The position numbers were made by a program, and so were the translations under genes. From Hyaloraphidium curvatum SAG 235-1 (taxonomy: Eukaryota; Fungi; Monoblepharomycota), in contig JAIVFI010000005.1 of assembly GCA_025558095.1 (NCBI GenBank), positions 868,001 to 932,000 on the forward strand: 64,000 bases of DNA. The letters run 5' to 3'. The notes under the pieces were generated by a model that searched no databases, was not told the DNA's origin, and saw only the letters and a list, made by a program, of their open reading frames with translations. This document shows, in pieces, positions 24,509 through 35,045 of this stretch; the first letter of the stretch is position 1; each line of letters starts with the position of its first letter.

Positions 24509-25618
24509 CGCGGCGACCGGTTGGGGATGGGGATACGGCCGGCGGAAGTCCCCTGATTGGTCCCTCAAAAGGACAAGCCGCCCGGACCGGCCACCGAGAA
24601 ATCGCCGCTTATCCGGTGCGCGACATAGCTCCAAGGGAAGCAACGATGCCCGCGCGCACCCGCCGTCCGTTTTGAAAGGTCCGCAGCCCGGTTCCCGCGC
24701 GGTCGGCTGGACAGCCGGCCGCGGAAGCGGACGGAACGAGCCGGCCATCTTGTCCGCCTTTGCGTAGCGCGGGAGAAGCATAAAGATCTCGTGCCGCTGC
24801 GATGCACGCCCTTGCTGGGCGGGGGCCGTGCTGGAGGTGCACCAAACGCGGGCATCGAGGGCTTCTCAGGACGCCCTAGCTGGCCTGCGTCGTCCCAGCA
24901 CCTCCAGCTCCGCCGGTTCAGAGCTCACATTGTCCCCCATCTGCAAACGCAGATCCGATGGCCAAAATTACCCGAAGCTGGGTTCCCTCACATAGGAGAT
25001 GCGCGCCGCGGATTGCTAGTCCGCGGCAGCCTCTCCCCCTCCCCCCTCCTTCCACGCGGCAGTGCTGGAGGGAACCAAAACGATGCGATGACCGTGGTGG
25101 CGTCTCGAGCCAACATCTGCCGATGCCGGTTCCGAGCTCCGCGCCCCGTCGGCGTCGGCAGAGGATCTCCGCACCGCAAGGAAGGTACGCGCACAGTCGC
25201 ACGCGGGCGCCGCTGAAATCCGAGAGGCTAGCCAGCCAGCGCCGTGCAGCGCAGGTCGGCTCGGGCAAATCGGCGGCGCCCCAGTCGTCTCCGGCCCTTA
25301 GGTACGGTGCCGAGAATCCCCCCAGAGTCCGTCCGGCCTTCGTCGGCCACTGACGCCGGGGAACTCGTTCCAGGCCGCCGGCACCCCTGGCGCCGCAACG
25401 ACCCGTGAAGGGCGTGCTGGAGGAGCTCGACGGGCAGATTCAAGAGACCTACTCTCGGTGAGATACGCACGATGTCTCTCGGGGTTTCGGGACCAAAGCT
25501 CCTTCGATGGGCGGACTCAAGAAGAAGAAGCTTGGAGACGCGGACAGCCCGTCGAGGCGCGGGCGCCCGCCGCCAACCCGTTTCTGACGCACTGCCTCCC
25601 AACCCCTCGGAAATCGCC

Positions 25619-27139
25619 ATGGCCGCGGCGGAGTTCCCCATACCGCCGGCCGCCTTCCTCGCGTGCTTTCCCGCGCCGCCGCCCGCGCGCGCGCCGCGGT
25701 CGCTGCCCGAAGCCATGGCCGCGCGGTCGGCCGACCCGCCAGACATTGCCGCGCTGCGTGCCGCGCGTCCGCTGGACGAGGCGTCCGTCCGCCGGGCGCT
25801 GCGGGACCTACCACTGCTGGCCGCATTTGTCGCCATCTCGACGCGGCTCGGTCGGCTTCTGCGCCACGCCTGGGCACGCGTCCTGCTGCTCAACGTGCCC
25901 GAGATATTCCTGTTCCTGCTCGTGTTTCCCTTCGGCAACGGCGCCTTTGCAACCCGAGCGCTGGCCGCCGGTACCGTCGCGATCGTACTGCAGGCGGCCT
26001 GGTGGACGTGGACCGTCCACAGCGAGCGCTCGAACTGGTTCAGCGGCGGAGTCGGCCCAAAGGCCGAGCGAGATGACCCGGAGAAGGCCCCCGAGCTGCC
26101 GAGCCCGTCTGAGGAGCGGGATGAGGCCGGCGCACTGGCCGGTGTGGTGCGCTACCTCCAGCTCGTCGGCGACTGCAGTGCACAGGGAGGTTTCGCCTGC
26201 TCCGCGTTTCTTGAGCACGATTCCACGAACGAGGACCTGTGCCCTTGCACGAAATGCACAAAAGTGGCCGTGAGGGTGGGAACTGTTCTCACGGCCGTGG
26301 CCGGCATTTCCTTGTTCGTCTTCGGTATTTGTGTTTGGATCGTTCTCAGGACCTGGACACCGGTCGTTTCCCTCGGCCAGTACGTCTGGCGCACGCCGTG
26401 GTCCGCGACCTTGGCTGCGGTCGCGCTGGCTGCTATGGTCATCTACGCGCCCGCCTCGTGCTTTGTGCCGTTGAATATCTTGAACGGCGGCTGGCTGGAC
26501 CTGGAACTTCGCCTTCGCTTGCGCGCCGTGACTACATCGCTAGCAGAACTGCACGACAAGCTCGCCCGCGCCGCCTCGGAACCCGATTTCCGCCCCCCCG
26601 AGATCTCAGCCTCCCCCTACGTTGCCCTTCACGGGCGCCTGCTGAGCGAATGGGCCGACAACGTGCTCTTCTCCGCCTTTTTCGGCCGCGCCTTCCGTAA
26701 CTTTGTCCTCTCCGACCTCCTCGCCGCCCTCCTCAACGCCGCCGTCGCAACGTGCATCCCCGCTTCGTACGTGGCCAGCATCGCCCTCGTCCTCTACATG
26801 GCCTCGTGGTACATGTTTGCCACCGCGGCAGTGAACAGGCAGTGCGATGCGGTCGCGGTGGCCTACCGCCGCGCGGCGCTGGACCTCGACCTGCTCGCCG
26901 ACTCTTTCCCCGACGCCCCCGGCGTCGCGCGCCGCTCCATTGCCGCCCACAAAGCGGTGCTCGAGCGGTTCTCGCAGCTCGACGGGGCGCGCGCGAGGTT
27001 CCTCGGGCTGCCGGTGACGGTGGAGGTAATCAGGGCGCTGGCCACCACCGTGGCCACCCTGGCGGTGGCGCTGTGGTCCGTTCTGAGGTCCGTGGGGGTG
27101 TCGATTACTATCGAGAACCTGTGCCCAGTGGGGAGCTGA
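25619..27139 (+). CDS. Intronless multi-pass membrane protein (about 7 TM), possibly chemoreceptor-like
   Basis: Long ORF with about 7 hydrophobic segments; C-terminal ARFLGLPVT..IRALATTVATLAVALW. Confidence 0.7.
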   Translation: MAAAEFPIPPAAFLACFPAPPPARAPRSLPEAMAARSADPPDIAALRAARPLDEASVRRALRDLPLLAAFVAISTRLGRLLRHAWARVLLLNVPEIFLFLLVFPFGNGAFATRALAAGTVAIVLQAAWWTWTVHSERSNWFSGGVGPKAERDDPEKAPELPSPSEERDEAGALAGVVRYLQLVGDCSAQGGFACSAFLEHDSTNEDLCPCTKCTKVAVRVGTVLTAVAGISLFVFGICVWIVLRTWTPVVSLGQYVWRTPWSATLAAVALAAMVIYAPASCFVPLNILNGGWLDLELRLRLRAVTTSLAELHDKLARAASEPDFRPPEISASPYVALHGRLLSEWADNVLFSAFFGRAFRNFVLSDLLAALLNAAVATCIPASYVASIALVLYMASWYMFATAAVNRQCDAVAVAYRRAALDLDLLADSFPDAPGVARRSIAAHKAVLERFSQLDGARARFLGLPVTVEVIRALATTVATLAVALWSVLRSVGVSITIENLCPVGS

Positions 27140-27390
27140 GTTGCGAAGTCAGGCCCGAGCCGTCGTCGCCACGGGACGGTCCGCGACGGGGAAGCCTGGT
27201 TCCAGAACACGTAGTTATCAGTCTTTCCTTTCGATACACAGAGATTGCTACACTGCGAGTCTCATTCCCCGAAGTGGTAACAGATCGGCTGAAGACAGAG
27301 TCCCCAAAGGCATCACTGACAACCATCAACCCAACCTGCTTAGCGCCAACGCAAAACTGCCCTCCCTCCCCCGGACCTTGCAGTACATGT

Positions 27391-27729
27391 TCAACAGCCG
27401 AGCGCCGGGCACGCATTGCCCTTGTACCCCATCGAGTAGCCCGACTGGGTCTGCCTCCCGGGTGCCGAGCTCCACCTGAAGCAGAAGTTGGCGCTGGAGC
27501 GCGCATAGGCGACGCAGGACGCCAGCGCATCGCACAGGTCTCGGCAGGCCGCGTCCGTGAAGACGTTCTGGACGAGGCCGCCGACGGCCACGGTGTTCCG
27601 CACGGGAAGGAGTTTGACGGGCAAGACACAAAGTCGGAGGCGTAGCGGCGGTAAATGGCCTCGTTGTCGTTGGCGATGTGCTCGATGCAGGCGACCATGC
27701 CGTCGGGGGCACCCGGGTGCGCGAACTCG
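27391..27729 (-). pseudogene. Secreted family copy 3, 5'-truncated and frameshifted
   Basis: Acceptor CAG|C GAG TTC then EFAHPGAPDGMVAC..IYRRY..C. After a shift near 27600 it reads ACRDLC..SCVAY..C..GNACP. No upstream CxEC exon found. Confidence 0.7.
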
Positions 27730-28188
27730 CTGCGGGGCGCGGGTATGGGCGATCCAGAGCGAATGTCGCAATCCCCCTCGGCCACAGCCCAACCCCGTCC
27801 GCGTCCCGCCGTGCAGACGCGCCCCGCTTCAGCGGTTCTAGCTCCTTTTTCTATCTTGGAGATCCCTCCCATCACGCAAACTTGTTTTGCGAAACGTGTC
27901 TTCAGTTTCGGTACGCCACAGCCGGCGGTGACCCGTCGACGAACGTCTCTGGGGCCTCATCGACCGATCCTCCGACAGCAGATGATCGGGTCAATTGACC
28001 CTATCCGAGGCCGGAGGAGGCAGAAAGCACCGAACCGGGCCAAAAATCCGGGCCGGGCGCGGGTTTTGCTCATGAACAAACGTTTGGCGAGTGCGCGCTT
28101 ACGACGCTCCTTGCCCCCACCCCGCTATTTATGCGCCTGACCCTCCGCCACCCAGCACACGCGCCCAAATACACCGAACTCCCACGCC

Positions 28189-29063
28189 ATGCACACCCTA
28201 CCCAAATCCGTATTCGTTCTCGGCGGCACCGGCCTCATCGGCGTCCTCACGTTGAAGTCGCTCCTCTCCCGGGGCCACTCCGTGACCGCCTACGTGCGCA
28301 CGCCGTCCAAGGTGCCCGTCGACCTGCTCTCCAAGTACCCCGACACCTTGCACGTCGTCCAGGGCTCCATCGACAGCAAGGAGCAGCTGGTGGCCGCGCT
28401 CACCGCGCGCCTGCACGACGCCGTGGTCTCCTCTATCGGGCCGGTCGACCTGCGCGGCCACGTCGCGGGGACCCTCGCCGCGAGCTACCGGACCATCGCG
28501 GCGGCAATGAAGGAGGCCGGCGTGACGAGGATCTACGCGCTCTCGACCTTCTCGTACACCACCGAGTCGGACAAATTCTCGTTCGGGCGGAGTGGGTTCT
28601 CGTCCTTGCCTCCGCGCATCAGCAGCAGGCTGACAGTCCCTGGGACCTCCAGATTTTACCGTCGGCGTGGTCACCCTACTCATCCCAGCCTCCAAATCCG
28701 AGTTCGTGCAGATCGCCAAGGTCTTCAACGAGGAGGGCGTCTACGGCGGGATTGACTGGACCGTGTTCCGCGTGGGGATGCTCAAGGACGGCGGGTCTCC
28801 GCAGGCAGTCCGCAGCATGGTCATTTCTCATGCAGAGCTCCCTCCAGGCGAACCGGGCAAGGTCAGCGCTGGCACCATCGGGGCTTCCGAAAGCAGCGGC
28901 GGGATCACGAGGGTGGGCTTCTCCGCGCGTTCGAACGGCCGGGATCGCTCTGACGTCCCTTCCCTCTGCAATCCAGAGCGGCATCGCGCAGTGGCTGACC
29001 GAGCAGGTGGAGAAGAACTCGAGGGAGTGGGTGGGGAAGCTGCCGTACATCAGCAACATATAG
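28189..29063 (+). CDS. Atypical SDR/NAD(P)H-binding protein (flavin reductase/BVR-B-like), multi-exon
   Basis: VFVLGGTGLIG, VTAYVRTPSK, DAVVSSIG, DWTVFRVG.L. Confidence 0.85.
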
Positions 29064-30739
29064 CCGACGCGCCGGCGCTCGATCTACATCGTGTACATCG
29101 TCGTTGTTTGTAGCATTCTAGCAAATCATAAACCGTCCTGAAATGTTTGCCTTGCCTGGCAGCTGAATGCATCGGCGTCCGAAGCCCAATGCGAGACGCA
29201 CCAGCCTGATGAAAGGAGTCGTTGCAGTCGCTGCTCGGAGTCGCAGTCTGGCAATGCGGTGGCGTGCCGCGACGCCGAAGCCGCCACGACGCCGAAGCCG
29301 CCACGACGCAGACATGCAAAGCGAGCCTGGTGCGCGCGGTGACCAGTCCGTGACGAGGCCCCAGCGTCTCCGTCCGATAGCAAGGCGGTCCGAGCTTCCT
29401 GACGCCGATGCATCGCAACATGCGAAGGCCGAAAGGGGCCCCAGCTCGAGCTTCTTCCGATATCCATGGCAGCGGCAGTGCTGGCGAAACCTATCCCGAT
29501 CCTGTACGGAGACGTCACACGACGTCCCCGTCGGGCCGGTTCTTGCCCAGCTTCAGTTCCAGCGCCGGCGGCCACCCCGCTCGAGTACCGGCGTCTTCCG
29601 ACGCCGGCGCGAGTCCGTCCCGCCGCCGGCTCTGTCACCGTGCAAGTTCCCGCTACGCCGGGTGCCGCTGCCCGTGGCGCCGGGGAACCACCGAGCGACC
29701 AGACTGTCACACGCGAGCGCCAGCAGTGGGTCGTACGAAGGTCCCCGGCTCCGCCGTACATGCCTTGCAGATGATTCCGCCCCAGGCGTGGGTGCCACGG
29801 CCGGAGAAGAGGTCCCCCGAGGCGTTGGGGACGGCGTGAGTCCCAGACGGTGGCGTCGGACGGCCAGAACGGCGAACCAGCGCCCTCTTGGCACCGGCGC
29901 GTCCGATCCGCCGTCCGGCGTCTCCTCGGAGGGCATGTCGACGGCGGCAGCTCATCGCAGAATGCACGCCCCGGTCGAGGTGGACACATCGATGCCGACC
30001 CGCCGCCGTCCACACGCCCTCGCAGCTGATTGCGTCCCCGGTGATCGGCGTCCCGATCCATGTCCGAAGCGGCGCGGAGCCGGTGCTGGAAGGCCTAGGA
30101 GGGCGCTTTCTGCCATGAAGGAGGAGTCGACTACGCGACACCTCTACCGTTCCGTCCTAGGTACTCCAGCTCTGCCGATCCGGTCCTTGCGAGCGTGCGC
30201 ATCGGGTCGTGTCCCGCGCCGGCGGTAGGGTAGTAGAGCACGACGGGCATCTCCGGCGCCCGCCGCCGACTCGGTCCGTACACCGCCGGCACGGCAAATC
30301 GCGTCCGATCGACGTCCAGGGGCGAACTACAGATGGGCGCAGTGAATCCGACCACTCCTGGTGCTGTCAGCACCATTCAGCGCCGGCGGGCGGCGTCGAT
30401 CCGCTGCGCCCCGCGTCCTTCCATCCAGGTCCGACTGCCGTCGTGTTACCCTGCAATCCAGCCCGGGAAGGATGCGGAGCCTCGACGGCCATCGTCCACG
30501 GCGCTCGCAGACGCCGCAAAGAATCGCCCGGCGCCGGAGGGCTCCAAGAAAATGTGCTCCCAAGGAGGTGGCGTGCGACGCCTCCTCGCCCCGTCGGTAC
30601 CCCTCCAGCTCCCCATACTCCTGCACTCGTTTCCCATGTTCGAGCTTGGCGGCGGGCTGGCTTAAACGGCTAGCCCCGGCGGCAGCCAGCCGTCGCCGGC
30701 GGAGGTCCGGTCGCGCCCACCGCCTGCGCCTCCTCGTCC

Positions 30740-30790
30740 GGTCCGACAGTCAACTCGACCAACATTGGTCCGACAGTCAACTCGACCAAC
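30740..30790. repeat. Tandem duplication, 27-bp period, two copies
   Basis: GGTCCGACAGTCAACTCGACCAAC at 30740-30763 and 30767-30790. Confidence 0.9.
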
Positions 30791-31094
30791 GGGCGCCGGA
30801 AGATCATGAAGGGACGGCAGACATCCCCAGACGTCTCCACTCCCGCCCGAGGCCCCCGGCGCCCGTCCACCACCAGTGCCCGTCGCGGAGGCCGGCCGAC
30901 GGCGGGACCGCAGTCACGTTGCGCCCGCCCATCTGGGGGCGGGCTTGGCGCGGCGGGCCGAGGAGGAGTAAGGTGTGTTTGGGTGATGACGCGGCGGTCC
31001 GCGAAGCCCCGCCCTGCTCCCATCATTCGCAAACACCGAACAGCCCGCCGGGAAACGCTCCGGGACGTCTGATCCGGGAAAATGATCTCCGCGC

Positions 31095-32327
31095 TCAGGA
31101 TGCGGTTCCATTTGCCCCCGTCGCCCCTGCTCGTCCCGTCTCGCTTTCCACCCCGTCGGCTTCCGCCCCGAACGCTAGCTTCCCCCCCTCCTCCGCCCAG
31201 ATTCCCTCCGCCTCCCTCACCGCCTCCTCCAACGCCTTGCCGCGGTCCATGATGAACGCGTGGTAGTGCGCCTTCAACCTCCTCGAGCTCGGCTCGACGG
31301 GCACGCCTAGCTCTTCCGCGAACCGCGTCTGCGCGGCCCGCGCGAACCCCGCGGCGCGCTCGGCGTCCGTCCCCTCCCCCTCTCCCGGGGGTTCCATCGG
31401 TTCCAGCCAAACGACGCGGCAGCCAACGCTCCACTGCGTCGCGAGGCGGAACCACCACTCCCCCGGGCTCTTGGTCTCCCAGGACGGCGAGTAGCGCTTC
31501 CACGGGTAGCGCAGGAGGACGGGCTGCACGGGGCAGAGGGGAAGGAAAGCACCGCGGCGGAAGGGGAGGATTGCGGTACCGTCTGTCGGGGAATTGGGTC
31601 AGAAAAACGGAAAGCAAGGACGGGGAGGGGAAAGTACTGGTGGTGGTGCCCTCGGGGAACGTGACAAGGGGCGGGCCGGTCCCGTGGGCGCGGGAGGAGA
31701 TGACGGGGAGGGCGTCGGGGGAGGACGGGCCGACAGGGATGCAGCGCTGTCCGGGCCGACGCGTGGTGAGGACGCGCAAGAGAGGGCGAACGGGAGCCAG
31801 CGGGAACCCACCATGGCCCTCGCAACGGTGCCGATTAGGGGTACCTTTGCGATGCCCTCCCTCGCGACAAACGAGGGCAGAGCGTCGCACGCGTACATGA
31901 GCACGAGGACGTCCAGGATGGAGGTGTGGTTCGCCACCACGATCCCCGGCCGCCCCGTCCTCCCGGGCGGACGCCGGTCGTCGATGCGGATCCACCATAC
32001 GCCCATGGAGAGGAGCGCGAGGCGGGCGTGCCATGCCAGGAGGGAGAGGAGGGCGCGGCGCCATAGGGCCGGCGGTCCCGGGGCGGGGTCGTCCGAGGGG
32101 AGGCCCAGGGACGCCAGCGACGCCGTCGTCCAAGCCGAGAACACCGCGAAAAGGAGCAGCAATATCCGCGGGGGGAGGAGGATCACGCACGCCGCCGCGG
32201 CCTTCGATTTGTCCCACAGCGGCAGGGAGCGGAAGGGCGCGTCGGGGCGGACGAAGGGCGCCGAGAGGAGCGCCGAGGCGGCGGAGAGGTCGTGGATCGA
32301 GACGTGGTGCGGGGCGCCGCGGAACAT
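31095..32327 (-). CDS. Lysophospholipid acyltransferase (LPCAT/LPEAT-like, PlsC domain), multi-exon
   Basis: NHTSILD (HX4D), FPEGTTT, FRRGAF.P..PVQPV.LRY. Confidence 0.9.
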
Positions 32328-33425
32328 GGCGGGGAGGGGAGGGGAGGGAGGGCGGAGAGGGAGGACCTGTCGCGTTGTTTACGCGTCGGCGACACGCCGC
32401 GTCGGGCGGCCGATGGGCAGATCGACGGAGGCGGCCGGGGTCGCTCGCTTACGGAATCAGGTCTAGAAAGTAGGAAAACGCATCTGGATGTCTCCCTTTG
32501 GCTGCCTGGACGCCGTCTCTATCAGGTTCGGACTCACCTCGCCCAATGGGACTCGCGTGGGTTGGTGACGAGGGAGACAGAGACAGACTTACGATTCTCC
32601 AGGGCTGCTTTTGATGGCAATCGAAATGGTGGAAGTAATAAATGGTTCTGCAAAAGTAGGGCTCGGGCTCATTGATGGTTCGGCGTCGAGCTTTCCGCGA
32701 GGGCTTCCGCGGCCCGCCCAGTCATTGTCAGGACGGGGCGCGGGGGACCCGTAAAGACCTGTGTTGACGACGTTGAGGAGTCACTACACAGCACTGCGCC
32801 TAGTCTTCCCTCGCCGGGGACCACCGTCCCCCTTGCCCCGACGCCGGCGCGTTACAGTCATCACCCTCCCCCGCGCGGTCCTCTCCGCCCGCCGACCTCC
32901 AACGGTCCTGTGGCACGACACGGCACGACAATGATCCACCAGTGCACCGCCCGACGGCGTCCGAGAGCGGGACGAGCCGGTCCCCATGAGAGCAGATTCG
33001 TTCGAAGCACGGCGCCCTCGGCAAACTGCCCCCGGGCGCGACGGCAAGCAAACGACGGACGAGGACGCGGACGGTGGCATTGCCGTTCGGCAAGACCCGC
33101 CCCCGCGAGGGCGGGTCGCCCTTCGGCCACCTGATGCCGCCGTCCGCCCATGGGCTCGAGGACGGGGCGGAGCCGGGCGGGCATGGCACCGCAGTGCCCC
33201 GGTGCTGCATGGCACTGGCGTAGGCGGGAAAACGCTCACCCGGCACCGCGGCGGCTGACCTCGTGCAAGGCATTCCCCGGGGCCTACCGGGTATGGCGTA
33301 GGATAAACCGCCGTTGGCGAGTCATCAACGCCGCGGAAGGCTTAGACACTGGCCTGTTGAGCGTTGGGACCGTACGAGCGCGCGCGCCGGCCCGGGGAAG
33401 GATGCTTTGGATTCCACCGCGCGCC

Positions 33426-34787
33426 TCACCGCCCCTTCCCGCATTCGTTCGGCAGCCCCACCTCCCCCCCCCTCAGCATCGCCTCCGCCACTTCCACGTT
33501 CCTCCGCATCAGACACTCCCTGTTTTCCAACAGCCTCGAGAGCATCCCCCCGTACTCCCCCTCCTTCCCCACCATCGCCTTGTGCGCCGCTAGAACGGTC
33601 CCGTCCTCGGGGTTAAAGTGCGCCCGCGGATCGAGGAACGAATACAGCGCGAGCACCTCCGCGGGCACGGCGAGGGGCGTGAGAGAGACGAGCGAATTGA
33701 ACAGCACCGACGAGGCGGTGTGCACCGTGTACCCGGCCCCCGTTTTGAACGCCGGGAGGAGCGCGCGGGCGAGTGGGAAGTGCTTGAAGAACTCGCCGTA
33801 TGGCACCCTCCTCCCCCCTCCCGGCAGGTCGACCAACCCGTTTTGGAGGAGCGCTGGGGGGATGGTCGCGTTGGCGTGCGGCGGGCCGAAGGAGCCCAGC
33901 AGGCGCACGGGGAGGGCCGGGGAGCCAGCCGGCGGGGGGGAGGTTTCCAGTTCGCGGAAGACGGAGGCGTAGTCCCGCCGCGTGGTGTCGAGCTGTCCAC
34001 CGATCCCGAGCCCGCGGCGGGAGGTGGAGTTCCACCCCTCCGGGAACAGGGGGTACAGGCTCGAGAGGTAGTCCACCTTCCCAGGGCCGAACGACCGCAT
34101 GACGTCCGCGGTGTGAGGGGCGGTGCCAAGGACGTAGGAGGGTCTGAGCCAGGCGAGCTGCCGCGCGGCCAGGGGCTTGGAGAAGTGGTCCGCGATGTGG
34201 ACCATCACGGCGATGATGGGCCGTTGCCCGCCGTCCGGGCAGGAAAGCCAATGAGCGGCCGCGGTCTCGTTGATCGGGGGATGGTACTGGTCGAACGGTG
34301 CCGTCACGATCAGAACGAATTTGTAGGAGCACGCGGCTGGCCAAAAGTCAGCGGCGGGTTTGGCCGGGAGGGGATGCCACGAGCGCATGACCTCGGAGAT
34401 GCCCTGGTCCCACCCTGGGAGCGTGTAAAGGTCCACATAGGGACGCGGAGCGATCGAGGACAAGATGAACGTGTGGGCGGCGTAGACCTCGTGGTGCCAC
34501 GACACGTCGTTGAAGATGGCGACGCGGGGCCGGCGAGTGGGGGCGCCATCGTAGGCCGCCGCGCCCTCAGTCCCCTCAAGGGCCTCCTTAGAATATGACG
34601 AGCCGTGCGGAGGGCCCAGCGGGGTCCAATCGCCACCGGAGCCCACGAGCGTTCGCCAGATCCCGGCGACGAGGGCGGCGGCGAGGGCTAGGCGGAGGAC
34701 GCGTCCGGCGGCGTTGTGCCACCGCCCTGCGGCGCCCTGGAGAGGCGGCGGCGGGCGTTCGCGGCCGTCGTTCGACGGCCGCCCCAT
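33426..34787 (-). CDS. Type II membrane protein, putative GT-B glycosyltransferase, intronless
   Basis: Short basic N-tail, single TM (VLRLALAAALVAGIW), stem, then an alpha/beta domain with HHEV, GQLDTTRRDY, ASSV...SL...TPL. The family call is inference. Confidence 0.55.
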   Translation of the reverse strand: MGRPSNDGRERPPPPLQGAAGRWHNAAGRVLRLALAAALVAGIWRTLVGSGGDWTPLGPPHGSSYSKEALEGTEGAAAYDGAPTRRPRVAIFNDVSWHHEVYAAHTFILSSIAPRPYVDLYTLPGWDQGISEVMRSWHPLPAKPAADFWPAACSYKFVLIVTAPFDQYHPPINETAAAHWLSCPDGGQRPIIAVMVHIADHFSKPLAARQLAWLRPSYVLGTAPHTADVMRSFGPGKVDYLSSLYPLFPEGWNSTSRRGLGIGGQLDTTRRDYASVFRELETSPPPAGSPALPVRLLGSFGPPHANATIPPALLQNGLVDLPGGGRRVPYGEFFKHFPLARALLPAFKTGAGYTVHTASSVLFNSLVSLTPLAVPAEVLALYSFLDPRAHFNPEDGTVLAAHKAMVGKEGEYGGMLSRLLENRECLMRRNVEVAEAMLRGGEVGLPNECGKGR

Positions 34788-35045
34788 GCAATGGTACAGG
34801 ATGGTTTGTGTACGGAAGGTGCGGTGGTCGCGACCCGGCTTCGGGCCGAACCGATTCAGCCACGCAGCGTCCCGTCGCCGCAGGACGATGTCTTCCCTCT
34901 CTTCTATGGCCAACATCGAAAATGGCCTGCTAATGATGTCGTCGCTTTCCCTCTCTTTTCTCTCCTCACTCGCCCCGCTTTCTGATATCTCGCCCTGGCG
35001 CCACCCGCGACGAGTCAGCCCTGTCCGCTTGCTCTACCCCGCGGC

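Noticed and set aside
27988-28001. 14-bp palindrome GGGTCAATTGACCC upstream of the atypical SDR
   Set aside because: Single occurrence; cannot be distinguished from chance.
29126-30700. Overlapping ORFs and a short tandem repeat near 29270-29310
   Set aside because: No consistent frame or recognisable domain; possibly decayed coding sequence, but not supportable.
30740-30790. Repeat as a possible CRISPR array
   Set aside because: Only two adjacent copies with a 3-nt gap, no spacers, no cas genes, and a eukaryotic context.
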